A stretch of DNA of 64,000 nt. It comes from Antechinus flavipes (lineage: Eukaryota). The notes beneath the pieces were generated by a model. That model had not been told where the DNA came from. It worked only from the letters and a program-made list of their open reading frames with translations, and did not search any database. The DNA lies in contig NC_067401.1 in the NCBI RefSeq assembly GCF_016432865.1, forward strand, positions 204,786,001 through 204,850,000, read 5' to 3'. Positions within the stretch are counted from its first letter, which is position 1. Each line of letters starts with the position of its first letter. Made by a program: the position numbers and the translations under genes. Below, one piece after another: positions 1 to 12,189 of this stretch.

Positions 1-421
1 GAGGTACTCTCTGGCAACTTGAGGTAGCTCCAAAAGTTGTCCCTTAATCATAGTTTTTTATTGCCTCTATCAGTTCTTTGACATTGTCCAAATCAATCTT
101 TTGTGAAGGTCAAGACCCGGCTTAGCTTTTGTACTGCCTCTTTAACACCTAATCTTACACATTCTCACAAAGTTTTACAAAACTCTTTCAATCAGGAGTT
201 TCCTAGCCTTTACTTCAGTCAATTCATATTGCAATATCTCTCTTCTAGACAACAGGAAACTTTCATCAGTTGAAACGTTCCTTACAACATATAACTCTGT
301 AATTTTCAAACTCAATTCAGGTTGTTTCTATTGTCTTCTTAATTTCATACTTCCTTCCTTTACTCTTACAACTTGGGTCTTTACTATTCTAATGGCTCAA
401 ATCAAAGCCTTTTATTGATCA
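1..421 (-). mobile_element. Repeat block A, homologous to 17356-17782; probably decayed LTR-retroelement internal sequence (runs off the window edge)
   Basis: Shares long exact words with 17356-17782 (cagttctttgacattgtccaaatcaat, caacaggaaactttca, ctgtaattttcaaactca, aatggctcaaatcaaagc). Class and strand are inferred from the context of copy B. Confidence 0.45.
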
Positions 422-679
422 CATCAATAGATATACATCTCTTAAGGTATTATATATTATTCCCTTTAGGCAAAAATTAATCATATACACTGGAACCTAT
501 TAAAATGTATTAGCTTAAGATGTGACTTTGTATATGCTCAGAAGACATATTTTCATAATTTCAGTCATCACAAATATCATATAAGTGATTTATTTACTAG
601 AAACAGACCTTTCTCCTTCACACTTTGACAGTAAATGTTTGTGATGGAAGAGGGGATCTCACCTCATTAATTTTGTTGC

Positions 680-830
680 TGTTCAGTCATGTCTGACTCC
701 TTGTGATCCCATTTTTGGTTTTCTTGATTCTGGAGTCGTTTGTCATTTCTTTTTCCAGATCATTTTTACAGATGAGGAAACTGAGGCAAACAGAATTAAG
801 TGACACATCCATACATATCCATATATAGGA
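680..830 (-). mobile_element. CORE-SINE fragment (Mar1/MIR-like)
   Basis: Contains tttacagatgaggaaactgaggcaaacag CORE and an RTE-like tail (gttcagtcatgtctgactc). Confidence 0.6.
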
Positions 831-1479
831 ACATACGTGTATCCCAAGTCCTATGGAATCACTGTTGATCATTTAGTTGACCAGAATTCTTTTCTATCAC
901 AATTTTTCATTTTTATAATATTGACTTCATAGTATTGATTTTCTCTCCTATTCATTTAAATCTCTAGCTTCTTCCAAGGCTCAGCTCAGGTGACATCAAA
1001 TTTATAAGATCTTTTCTTGTATTCCCATTGTTAATGCCTCCCTAAGAATTATTTTGTATTCATCCATTCATTCTCTCTCTCTGTCTCTCTCTGTAGATCT
1101 GTGTGTCTCCCTCTTTCTTTGTTCTATACATACATATGTTTACTATATGTATATATATTTGGAAAAATAAAATACTCTTGAAAATAAAATACAGTGGTAA
1201 CAAAACATCCTCCTGAATTGAATTCTTATTATTTTTAAGTAGTTCCCTGATTTTAAAGTCTTTCTCTTTTCATAGTCTTTTCATAGTCGAGAGAAGACTT
1301 TTTAGGTAGAAGATAAATTTTAACTGCAGACTGCAAACACATTAATTTCACTGCTAGACTTCAATGATAATGCTTTCAAACCAGTTTCAGTTCCTTTCTT
1401 CTTTTTCAGTCTGTGAAAATCACCTTCATTCTTTGCCTTTAAATAATATATGTTACTCTTTTTATTGTTTTTTATTATA

Positions 1480-2100
1480 AAACTGTGCATACACTTTAAT
1501 CCAGCAGTCTCACTATTCGGTCTGTATCCAAAAAAGATCATAAAAGAGGGGAAAGGACTTATATGTGCAAACATGTTTGTAGAAGTTCTTTTTTAATGAC
1601 AAGGAACTTGAAATTGAGTGGATGCTCATCAGCTGGAGAATGACTGGATAAATTATGGCATATGAAGGTAATGGAATATTATTGATTTATAACAATGAGC
1701 AGGCTGATTTCAGAAAAGCCTAGAAAATCTTACAAGAACTGTTGCTAAGTGAAGTGAGAAGAATTAAGAAAACATTGTACATATTAATAAATAATTATGT
1801 GATAATCAACTGTGATGGACTTGTGGTGATTCAAGGTAATTCCAATAGACTTTATGGAAATGCCATCTGCATTGAGAGAGAGAACTATGGAGACTTAATG
1901 TAGATTGAAACAATATTTTCACCTTTGTTTCTTATGGTTTTTTTCCTCTGGTTTTTCTTGTACAATATGACAAATATGAAAATGTTTTTTAATTGCACAT
2001 ATTTAATCTATAGTAGATTACTTACTATCTTGGGGAGAGAGGATAGAAGGAAAGAAAGGAGAAAATTTTGGAAAGCAAAGTCTTTCTAAAATGAATGTTG
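1480..2100 (+). mobile_element. L1 3' fragment (end of ORF2 plus 3' UTR)
   Basis: aaactgtgcatac...ccagcagt..., gctaagtgaagtgagaag and the purine-rich marsupial L1 tail. Confidence 0.85.
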
Positions 2101-2899
2101 CCTTATCTTTCTGTTTTTCAGTTTTATCAATTGGCATGAATTATTTTCCCTTATTCTGTTATAGTCATACACAAAATTTTAACCTTTATTCTAAACTGAG
2201 CAAAGGAATATGATAGTGATTTTCAATTTCTTTACATTTGGGCTTCTTCTTTTTATGGACCAGAGAAAAGGCTATAATTACACGTCTTCTCTCTTGATAT
2301 TAGAAGCCAGAAGAGTCCAGATCTCTTTTTTGTGACTCTCACAAAGAATATTTGCCCCTCTTATAGGTGTAGAGCATTTAGTTTAAAAAAAAAACTCCAC
2401 CAATGGGGAGAGTATTCCATACAATTGGTCCTTTGAGTCAATCATTAAACATGTTTAAAAAACATTTCTATGGCAAGAGATTCATAGAGTTCACTCTATT
2501 ACCAAAGGAGTCCAGCATTCAAAAAGAGTTGACTATTTAAAAATATAGGAAATGAAAATGCTAAAAATATATCTAATGCCCTCCTCAAAGAAATTTTCTC
2601 ATAAAACATTTTGACAGGCAATTTTTACTCAAAAAAGTAAAACACAATATTACATAAGTGTGCAAACTAAAAAAAGGCTCTAACATGATGAAAAATATTA
2701 ATAATATTTTTTAACTGGTATAACATTGCCAGAAATTTAAAAATAACAAAATAAATCCAATAAATGACATCAGGGGAAAAGAAAATCTAGAAACTTCACA
2801 AGGTGCATCAAGATAGATAATTAACATCCACAAAGAAATCACAGAAAAATGAAAATTGGCAAAGAAGGAACAGAATAAAATGTAGATAAAACACAATCT

Positions 2900-3760
2900 T
2901 ATATATATCTACTGAAAATTCATATCAATTCTTACATAAAATATTAGTAAAGAGATTACAGAAAGTCATCCCCAGGATAATACACCATGACCAAGTGGGA
3001 TTTATACCAGGAATGTATGGCTGGTTCAATATTAGGAAAACCATTAGCATAATTGACTATATCAATAACAAAACTAACAGAAATCATATGATCATCTCAA
3101 TAAATGCAGAAAAATCATTTGACAAAATCTACCACCCATTCTTATTTAAAACACTAGAAAGTATGGAATAAATAGAGTTTTCTTAGAATGATCAATATCA
3201 TCTATTTAAAACCATTAGCAAACATCATGTGTAATGGGGATAAACTAGAACCATTCCTAATAAGATCAAGGGTGAAGCAAAGTTGTCTACTATCACTATT
3301 ACTATTCAATATTGTATTAGAAATGTTAGCTTTAGCAGTAAGAGATGAAAAGGGAATTAAAGGAATTAGAGTAGATAACAGAAAACCAAATTATCGCTCT
3401 TTGCAGATGATATGATGGTATACTTAGAGAATCATAAAAAATTACTTGAACCAATTACAACTTTAGCAAAGTCACAGGATACAAAATAAATCCACATAAA
3501 TTATCAGTATTTCTATGTTACCAACAAAGACTAGCAGCAAGAGATAGAAAGAGAAGTTCCATTTAAAATAACTGTAGATAATATAAAATATTTGGGAGTC
3601 TACTTACCAAGACAAAGTCAGGAACTATAGGAACACAGTTACAAAACACTTTCCACACAAATAAAGGCAGATCTAATCAACTGGAAGAATATCAAATGCT
3701 CCTGGGTAGATTGAGTTAATATAATAAAAATGACAATTCTTCTTAAATTTATCTCCTTAT
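2900..3760 (+). mobile_element. L1 ORF2 reverse-transcriptase fragment (degenerate)
   Basis: Translates to [35 protein letters not shown] and LFADDMMVYLEN, with stops and frameshifts. Confidence 0.92.
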
Positions 3761-3764
3761 TGTT

Positions 3765-3900
3765 GTTGTTCTTCATTTTGGAAGAAGACCAAAAATGACA
3801 TCACTATCTTAGAGTCAAGTTACAATATGTCTGACTGTGGCTAATCAGACCAATATGATCTCAGAATGCTCTGACACTGTTGGACACAAATAATCCCTAA
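3765..3900 (-). mobile_element. RTE LINE 3'-end fragment
   Basis: Resembles the 3' end of the RTE at 20387-20520 (cttcat..ggaaga..accaaaa...). Confidence 0.5.
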
Positions 3901-4321
3901 AAACATTTGGGATGGGAAATGGACAAGAGGAACCCAAGATGAAAAGGTAAGGTTGGATGACAATTTTCACCTATGGAAAGTGACAGATTCCACAAATCCC
4001 AAAAGCTGAAGTTTCCTCACTCTGTTTCTTTCACTTTTTCTCTATGTCATCAAGCACCAATTGATTCTCAATCTTCTAGTTCTTGGGGTAAAGGCTCAAG
4101 GGACAAAAATGGGTAAAACACAAGTACAGAAAGCTGGAGGGATCTTTGAAGTTCTGTGGGGGAAATTTGAAGGAGTCCAAACAGAATTCAAGGGAAGGAG
4201 CTATTCCAGGGAAGGAGAAGGACTAATCTCTTTGAGATCTGGGCTCAAGCAGGTGGCCTCCAAATGTGAAAAGGAGGCTTAGAGGGGAGGTAAATAGCTC
4301 TAGGAAACACAGCTTCAGGGA

Positions 4322-4335
4322 TCAGCTCAGAAACC
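4322..4335 (-). pseudogene. DAB: Class II beta exon 6 coding part (G-F-L-S-stop)
   Basis: ctcttcag|gg ttt ctg agc tga; matches the usual class II beta terminal exon. Confidence 0.75.
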
Positions 4336-4493
4336 CTGAAGAGGGTCAGATTAGAGTTCATGTGTGGATCTAAACTACAAGCAAAATCACTTTATCCCAT
4401 TAAGGGCCCCCAGTTTCTTGTTAGCTTCAGACCCCACTGAGCAAAGATTGTAGCTATGAGAATCCTGATCCCATTTGGTTAGAAGGATCTTAC

Positions 4494-4517
4494 CTGCTGG
4501 GTGTGGACCCTGATTTT
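4494..4517 (-). pseudogene. DAB: Class II beta exon 5 (cytoplasmic, 24 nt; ENQGPHPA)
   Basis: cctttcccag|aaaatcagggtccacacccagcag|gtaaga; canonical 24-nt size. Confidence 0.85.
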
Positions 4518-4947
4518 CTGGGAAAGGAAGGTAGATAGACATAAAGGTATTTGTAAATCTTAGAGTCAGAGAAGCAAAGGACATCAAGATTCTGAGCACT
4601 GTGGGACAGGGGGCTCCTGACACTGCATAGTCCAGTAGCTGACACCTCACTTAATTAGTGCTTTATCCATTCATTTACAACCCTGTGAGTGGATGGAGTG
4701 CAGCTAAAGGCCGGAACCTGAGATCCCTCCCAAGCCCATCTTTACTAATAAATACAGGATTCCCTAAGACCGCTGAGCCCTTGGTATCCAGGACCTTACC
4801 ACTTTCTATAATGTCCTGAGGGGGAAGAGCTAGAGTGAGAGCCAGACCATCTTTTCTAGTCAACATGGGGCCAGATTTCTGGCACAATTCAATCTTTGCC
4901 CTGCAGGAGACCAAGGAGGGCAGGGGGCTTCCCTCAGAAGCTCTCAC

Positions 4948-5058
4948 CTTTCTGGCTCCTCTTGTGGACAATGAGGCTGATCCCCAAGAAGATCAGCCCC
5001 AGCACGAGGCCCCTGACTCCACTCAGCATCTTACTCTGGATGGACTCAGACTGGGCTT
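4948..5058 (-). pseudogene. DAB: Class II beta exon 4 (connecting peptide and TM; [36 protein letters not shown])
   Basis: ctctccccag|aa gcc cag tct gag...cag aaa g|gtgaga; 111 nt, open frame. Confidence 0.93.
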
Positions 5059-5541
5059 CTGGGGAGAGGAGACACCAAGGGTCAAACCTTCCCCTCAGGA
5101 GCCAGTCCCATGTGGGGAGGAGAAGGGTCTGAGGGGAGCCTGAGAAGCTAAATCCTGTCTAAGGAAGGCAGGGATGGAGGAGCAAAAGACCTTTGGGGCT
5201 CAGGAAGTGAAAGTTCCTCACGGGACACTGACATTCATCCATCTCAAAGCCCAGCTCCCCTAGCCCAGGGGAAAGAGGTCTCTAGACTGATCACAGGGTC
5301 TCACAGGAAAGCTAGATCCCAGTGGGGCCAAGGGGAAGCTGAGTCTCCATATATCTTACTCCAGCACTGCTATTAGTATGTTGTGCTGGAAAAAGGAAGG
5401 AGGATGGACAATACCACATGGGGTTTGTATTGTCCCAGAGCAAAAGAAAAGAGGGCACAGGAAACACACTGAGAAGATCCCAGAGCAAGCTCCACATACT
5501 GAGCAATATAAAAACTGGAGGATGAGGGAGCTCTGTCTCAC

Positions 5542-5836
5542 TTCAGGCCAAGAGGACAGATCTCTGAAGGCTGAGGTGCTCCACTTGACAGGTGTAAACA
5601 TTTCCACACTTGGGAGTCATTTCCAGCATCACCTGTATCTGGTAGGTCCAGTCTCCATTGCTGATCAAGCCTGTGGACACCACCCCGGCCGTCTCCTCCC
5701 ATCCATTCAGGAACCCTCTGGCCTCCATGTCCCCAGGATAGAAACTGCTGACAGAGCAGACAAGCAGGTTGTGGTGTCCCAGGGGAAACATGGGACTTTG
5801 ATGAATTTGATGGATACACAGTCACCTCAGGATCAA
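5542..5836 (-). pseudogene. DAB: Class II beta exon 3 (beta-2 Ig C1 domain), disrupted
   Basis: ttcttctag|tt gat cct gag gtg act gtg tat cca ([10 protein letters not shown]), then a 13-nt insertion, then [19 protein letters not shown]...NGDWTYQ...[20 protein letters not shown]-a|gtgaga. Confidence 0.93.
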
Positions 5837-6509
5837 CTAGAAGAAAGAAGGAAAATTTTGAGGGAGGAGCCAGAATAGGTTTTCCTAGTCCACTCCTCAC
5901 CTCTGGCATCTCCTCCTCAGGTCTTCTCTTCTCCCAAGGGCCAGCCCTGATCTATCAGGAAGTAGTTCCAGGAGTTCATGGTGCTGAATTATCAACCCAG
6001 CCTCATCAGGATTCCTTAATGTGGGAAGAAATCAGCAGGTGAATTTTCTCATCATAAATATATACTTTGTAATCGATGATTTACAAAACCAGATCATAGT
6101 GTAAACAATAAACTAGTTTAAGAAAGATTTCCAGCTCAAATATTAAGAGATGTTATCAATCCACTAAAGAAATTTTTTATCAGGAGATCTGTGGGGAACA
6201 TCTGAGCCCAAGAAAAACCTGACCATCCTGGCCCAGAGGGCAGGGGCCCTTGGAGAAGCAGAAACATGTCTGGTGCTTGGACGAAGATAATATCAGTGAT
6301 GAGGCCTCAGCTATGAGAGTCTAAGTTGTCAGAGAAGGCTGGGGGAAGGAGAGGGATGGAGAGAATGTGATGGAGACAGGAGAGAGCAAGGCATGGGGAA
6401 ACCTCTGCAGAGCTCAGTGTTGGGGATAAAAAAAAAAGGAGCTATTTTATTTCTGATTTTAAAAGCTCCATGACCCCTGAGCACTCAGGACCTGAGGGAT
6501 TTAACTTTT

Positions 6510-6735
6510 TACTGTTGTTGGTCAGTTGTGTACAGCTCTTTCTGACCATATTTGGGGGTTTCTTGGCAGAGTCTGGGATATTTTGCATTTCCTTCTCCAG
6601 CCCATTTTACAGATGAGGAAACTGGGGCAAACTACGTGAAGTGACTTGCCCAGGTTCACATGTGGAGAAAGTTTCTTAAGTCAGATCTGAATTCAGATGA
6701 GTCTCCCTAACTCCAGGCCTGGCCCTCTATCCACT
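6510..6735 (-). mobile_element. CORE-SINE (Mar1-like, RTE-derived tail)
   Basis: tttccttctccagcccattttacagatgaggaaactggggc...gtgacttgcccagg...ctatccact. Confidence 0.8.
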
Positions 6736-7099
6736 CAAACATAAGGGGTATATTTAAAGAGTGTAGGCATAATTTGACTTTACTGTAATGATATAAAAAA
6801 GAAACTAGGAGTAGAAAAGGGATTGTACTGGAAGAAGATGAAAAAAGAGGTAAAATAGGGTAATTACATCACATGAAGAGGCAAAAAAGACCTATTACAG
6901 TTGAAGAAAAGAAGGGAGGAAGATGATCACCTCATCATATTTATTTCAAAGAGAGAGAAAGGGTCAGGCAGGCAAAATGATAAAGACAGAGTAACAGAGA
7001 GAGAACACTTGGATAGAAGTAAAGCACAGAGTTTGTGATCTGAGATGGATCTAGAATAATGAAGAATCAGAAATTCCGTTTGAGAACAAGGTCTAGACG

Positions 7100-7291
7100 C
7101 AGGGGTCCTCAAACTTTTAAAATAGGGGGCCAGTTCACTGTCCCTCAGACTGTTGGAGGGCCGGACTATAGTAAAAACAAAAACTTTGTTTTGTGGGCCT
7201 TTAAATAAAGAAACTTCATAGCCCTGGGTGAGGAGGATAAACATCCTCAGCTGCTGCATCTGGCCCGCCGACCGTAGTTTGAGGACCCCTG
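7100..7291. mobile_element. Non-autonomous hAT MITE, OC1/OposCharlie1-like (192 bp)
   Basis: Perfect 16-bp TIRs caggggtcctcaaact (7100-7115) and agtttgaggacccctg (7276-7291). Palindromic gtctagac target-like site at 7091-7098. Family name is from memory. Confidence 0.85.
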
Positions 7292-9354
7292 GACAAGAGA
7301 CACAGTGAGATGAAGAGAACTGGGAGCAAGATATCTATATTTTTCTGGTCAGTTTCTAGGGCAAGATGTGATAAACAGCATGGCCAGCTCCTAGTTGGAT
7401 AATTGGATGCCAGTATTGGATGCCAGACTGAAATAATGGGAAGTATAAAATTTGTCCATGATCAGGTCTACTAAGGCCTGGGAGAGAGCTAGACCTGCAG
7501 TCTATCTTCAACACAAGCATCAGCATCAGAATCAGCTGCCAATATTTACAAGATAATGAGGATCAGTGACTCAAAGAGTCAATGTCATTTTTCACTATGG
7601 CAACTAAGGATTGAGGATGAAATTTAACTAAGCTATATGAAAGCATGTAACTTTAACCCAAGTTAAAAGGAATGTATGGAAAAGTAGTGATTCAGATTCC
7701 TCAGAAACTTACCCCAAATTTTTCTCCTTAACCTAGAGGTTTCCCTTCTTGTCTCACTGGATAATTAGGCCCCTGAAAGATAGAATCCATTTCTGTCTGA
7801 CAAAATCCATTTACCCAACATCTGGTAATTACAAATTACTGTTCTGGTTCTACTCTTTTTCTACACTCCCAAAACATTTCCTTTATATTGTGGGCCTTCT
7901 TCCTTCCTTTTAAACCATCTGTGACTGTCCACTTCCATTTATTGGACTAGATTTGGGCTGTTTTGATTTCTTTGTACCTCCAGTGCTTAGCAAAATGGCA
8001 GATAGTAAGCACTTAATAAATGCTTCTATACTTGATTTGACTTCACTATAAAGTCACAGCCTGGATCTAGCAAAAATGCAGGATCACATCATGAATTGAA
8101 TCTGTGGAAGACTTCAAGGTACAAGTTCTAGGGTCTAGGAATTAAATGAAAAAAATTAAAAGGATTCCCCCATGTCTAATGTAAAAAAAGGCCATTTTTA
8201 GATCATGTGAATTATGAATACAAGGAGAACACCATTAAGTCATTTCAAGTTGCATAAATGCCTCTCATATCACTGTCTCTTGTTTTCTACTTGTTCCTCT
8301 GGCTGCAGTTTCCTTCAGTTCTTACATGTGAGACATCCTTTCCCATCTCTAAGATTCCCTCCAGCTCTATCATTCTATGAAATTCAAGACTGCTTTAAAA
8401 TTCACTGCATGAAGAGCACTACATTAGAGCCTGCCTAGGTTCCTGATTTATGAAACTAAATAGGATAATCTGACCTGTAATCACAGAATTGTAGTGCAAA
8501 ACCAGCCCTAATGAATGCATCTGAGAGTTTCAAACCAAGTGATGTTTAGATGAGATCCACAGGGAGAAAAACTGACTCCTGATGGGGAAGTCTGCCTGAA
8601 AGAGGTGACATTTCAGTCCTGAAGATTTTAAAGAATGGATAGGAATTAGGATGACTGGGAGGGGGAAATATTCTCAGCACAGGAAGAATGTAGTACATTC
8701 AATTGTGTGTATTCTTCCATGGACTTCCATGGGGTTTTCTTTCTCCAGTATGTCCCCATTTTACAATTGAGGAAATTGTAAGAAAAGAAAACTTCAGATT
8801 GAAATTCTTGGAGTAAGTGGAGGAAGGCTTCATTACTTTTCTTTCAAAAGCGTGTATGATGCGCCTTTTCAGAGAGCACACACTCAGTTTGTAGAGGCCA
8901 GAACCAGCAGTTATATTCCATACTCTTGCCCTGTCTCTTCATCCCTTCTTCAGAATTTCCATTGGAGGAGATCCTTCCAAAATCTAATATTTTATGACAT
9001 TCCCTCTACACACATTCCTTGATAAGCTTCCATGTTCCCTCCTCCCCTTGCCACATCATGATATATTCAAAAATGGTGGATGTCTCCTCCTTAAGGGAGA
9101 AGTAAATATCCATGAAGCTTATTAACCTAGCCCAATTAAAAATTTAGTTTGCCCAGGGCATTTGCATTCAATCAGCATTTGTGGTTACTACTGTTAATTT
9201 AAGACATTCTTTAAATCTTTTTAGTTAGGATATACTTACCCTAAAGCTTATCTCACATTGTTGTCTACCATGGAAACAAAGAGGAACAACAATCTGGCAA
9301 TTGGTCAGGATGAATGAAGATGGCCTGGAATGCTAGGTAAGAATTAAGGCAAAG

Positions 9355-9675
9355 TGTTTGCACCCAGAGAGAGGACAGTGGGAACTGAACGTGCATCACA
9401 ACATAGTATTTTCATTCTTTTTGTTGCTGTTTGCTTGCATTTTGTTTTCTTTCTCATTTTTTCCTTTTTGATTTGATTTTTCTAGTGCAGCACAATAGTT
9501 GTAGAAATATGTATAGAAACGCACAAGTTCAATATATATTAAATCACTTACCTTCTAGGGGAGAGGACAGGGGGAAGAGAAGGGAAAAAATTAGAGCAAA
9601 AGGTTTTGTAAGAGTGAATGTTAAAAATTATACATGTATATATTTTGAAAATAAAAAGTTTTAATTAAAAAAAAA
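9355..9675 (+). mobile_element. L1 3' UTR fragment
   Basis: gatttttctagtgcagca...ggggaagagaagggaaaaaattagagc...aataaaaag plus A tail. Confidence 0.8.
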
Positions 9676-10100
9676 GAATTGAGGCAAAGAATGGCCTCGT
9701 TTACCCAGTTTAAAAAAATCAATCTAGATGGGGAAGATCCTCAGGATTTCTGCTGCAAACAAACAATTGCTATTTACATTCACCCTAAATCAATCAAGGC
9801 CCAATGACTAACTGGGGCTTGGCTCGTGACCTATTGTTGGCCAATCAAATTTCATAAAACTTATACATATATCCAGCAGAATTGATAAAATTTTAAGGCA
9901 TAACTCATGTTTACAAATTACCCAATACTTCTAGAAAGTAATATATACTCTAAATAAGGAGATACAAACATGACCTCCCCTAAGGAAAGCTACCGGCACT
10001 TTGTTTTAATAACCTATATTTTAACTTAAAATCCAATCAAATACAGTTTTAAGTTCCCAATAATATGTTTTAAAATAAATGTGCATATATAATCTAAAGA

Positions 10101-10251
10101 TTTTTTTTTTTTTTTTGCTGAGGCAATTGGGGTTAAGTGACTTGCCCAGGGTCACACAGCTAGAAAGAGTCAGGTGTCTAAGACTGGATTAGAACTCAGG
10201 TTCTCCCAACTTCAAAGCTAGTGCTCTATCCACTTTACCACCTAACTGCCC
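10101..10251 (-). mobile_element. WSINE1-type SINE
   Basis: Poly-T followed by gctgaggcaattggggttaagtgacttgcccagggtcacacagctag...cctaactgccc. Confidence 0.9.
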
Positions 10252-10394
10252 TTTCCTATTCTTTCTTACTCTTTCTTTTCTATATAAAACCTCACCTTAC
10301 TCTGCTGGAGTGCCTATCTCCCTAAAAGAGAAGGCCCACAAGGTACATCACCCCTTACCCTAAGTAGATGCTCAAATAAATGTCCATGCTTGAT

Positions 10395-10595
10395 TTGCAG
10401 GTGGTTTAATATGTGCAGTTCCTCTATACATATTTCTACAAATATCATGCTGCACAAAAAAAATCAGATCAAAAGGGGGGGATGAGAAAGAAAAGAAAAT
10501 ATAAGCAAACAACAACAAAAAGAGTGAAAATGCCATATTGTGATCCATATTGTGATTCACACTTAGTTCCCACAGTTCTCTCTCTGAGTGCAGAT
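10395..10595 (-). mobile_element. L1 3' UTR fragment
   Basis: Reverse complement of the L1 3' UTR also seen at 9355-9675. Confidence 0.7.
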
Positions 10596-11375
10596 TAAAA
10601 CTGAATTATTTCAGAGATGACACCTCAACCTACTTCCCAGTACTCCAACATTTTTGGCATACCCTAACACTACCAGGACCAGATCACTAGGGGAGCCTAC
10701 AATGAGCAGAAACTCCCTAGGTAAAAGTTAGAGAAATCAGGTATTACTTGTCACTGATATGTTAATTTTATGGCTGAGAGGTGAAATTGAGGATTCCTGT
10801 GGTTCTGACTGTGCACAGGTGCAGTAACCATAGTTCTCTGAACAGAGCTCAGGCTGGAGGTGGGGGATGTCAGAGGGAGAAGGGGAGAAAACCTTCCAGA
10901 AGTGTGTTTTGTGAAGTGGTGGACATCCAATTTTGTTCTGCACCTGGGTTAACTTTAAGCGCCTCATTATTGTTGCTCATTATTTTCAGAAATTCCATTA
11001 TTAACTGATCAACAGGCTGTTATTTAACAGCCAGAAATATTTGTGACTTCAGCATCCTGGTCATATAAAAGAAATTGGGGCAGAATAACCTAAGGAAAGA
11101 AATACATTATTTTTAACTACATCACACCCAAGGCTAGGGGGCCTTGGGGTTCTAGCTACATTCTTCTTAAAAGCTGCACCACAATACTACTATTTCTTCT
11201 TCTTCCTATTGCTTACAAGAGATCCTCCAAGACATGACTGAAAGGTTTTCCTGCAAAGAGGCTCTTCAAAATTTGTTCTGCAGTCTCCAATTTTCTCCCT
11301 TCAGGAATCTCAGAATACAGCAACCTCACCCATTTTTGCAAAATCTCATGGGGTGTAGGCTGAACCCCAAACATA

Positions 11376-11862
11376 TGTTGAAGTTTCAGACCAGTGTCTT
11401 GAACTGTCTCAAAAGAATTTGTAGGCTTAGACCATCTCCAGATCAGGAGGCAAACATTTTATTATTATGCCTTTGACTGTCAGGCTAAGTTCCCAAAGGA
11501 CATTAATTATTAACAAAGGTAAAGATGCAGATTTCCTAGTGGAACTAGCCATTAACCTGAGGCAAGATGCAATAACAATATGGAAGACACTATAAGACAG
11601 GCAAAGTTCCTAAAGAACTTATGTCAGAAACAGGGCAATTCCCAATGAACCAGCTCTAACTAGGAGGAAAGAGGGAATGACCTGATGCTATGAAGGTGGG
11701 CCAGGTCCCTAATGAACCCACCATTGTGATAGCATAGTCAGTGAGTAATTAATTAGCCGTTGTAATGCTTAGTAAGCAAGCTAAATTCCTGAAAGGAGTT
11801 AGAAAAGAAGTAAGGTACCAGTAGGTTCTTTTATAGGAGAAAAATAACTTTGGGGGTTGACA
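11376..11862 (-). mobile_element. Possible solo LTR
   Basis: TG...CA ends and a minus-strand AATAAA followed by a U5-like tail; no TSD found, boundaries uncertain. Confidence 0.35.
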
Positions 11863-12189
11863 TCTATAAATTGACCTTTTTTTTTTTTTTGGCTAACAAT
11901 TAGGGTTAAGTAACTTTTGAGACAAGTTTCTATTGTGTAGTAGAGTCAGAAGTCATATTTCAAGGGATTAAGATTTGAGTGAGATATAAGGAAGTGGGAG
12001 TGAGGAAGTAGACTCAATGAAAATAGACAATTTTTAGGACTTTAACCATGAAATGGAGAAAAGATATAAAAAGACTCTGAAGAGGAGGCATGATAATAGT
12101 TTTTCAAGAACAAGACTATTAGAACTAGTCTGAATCACCTCATTGTTGACAAGAGCCATGTCCATCAGAATTGATCATCATATAATCTT

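Larger units (their letters stand above)
4322..5836 (-). pseudogene. DAB: MHC class II beta chain pseudogene fragment (DAB-like), exons 3-6
   Basis: Four exons with AG/GT boundaries and class II beta phase and size (295 [=282+13], 111, 24, 14 nt coding). Beta-2 Ig C1 domain, TM and tail are recognisable. Exon 3 has a frameshift and a nonsense codon. The DAB family call rests on remembered marsupial DAB motifs ([32 protein letters not shown]). Confidence 0.9.

Noticed and set aside
5360-5390. 8-bp inverted repeat tccagcac...gtgctgga in class II intron 3
   Set aside because: Too short to be distinguished from chance; not a miRNA-length hairpin.
5378-5878. 166-aa plus-strand ORF, the longest in the window
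   Set aside because: Antisense shadow of class II beta exon 3 and intron 3; no recognisable domain.
7560-7612. AP-1-like tgactca and RFX-like ctatggcaac as a possible class II S-X-Y promoter
   Set aside because: No correctly spaced Y box and no adjacent leader exon.
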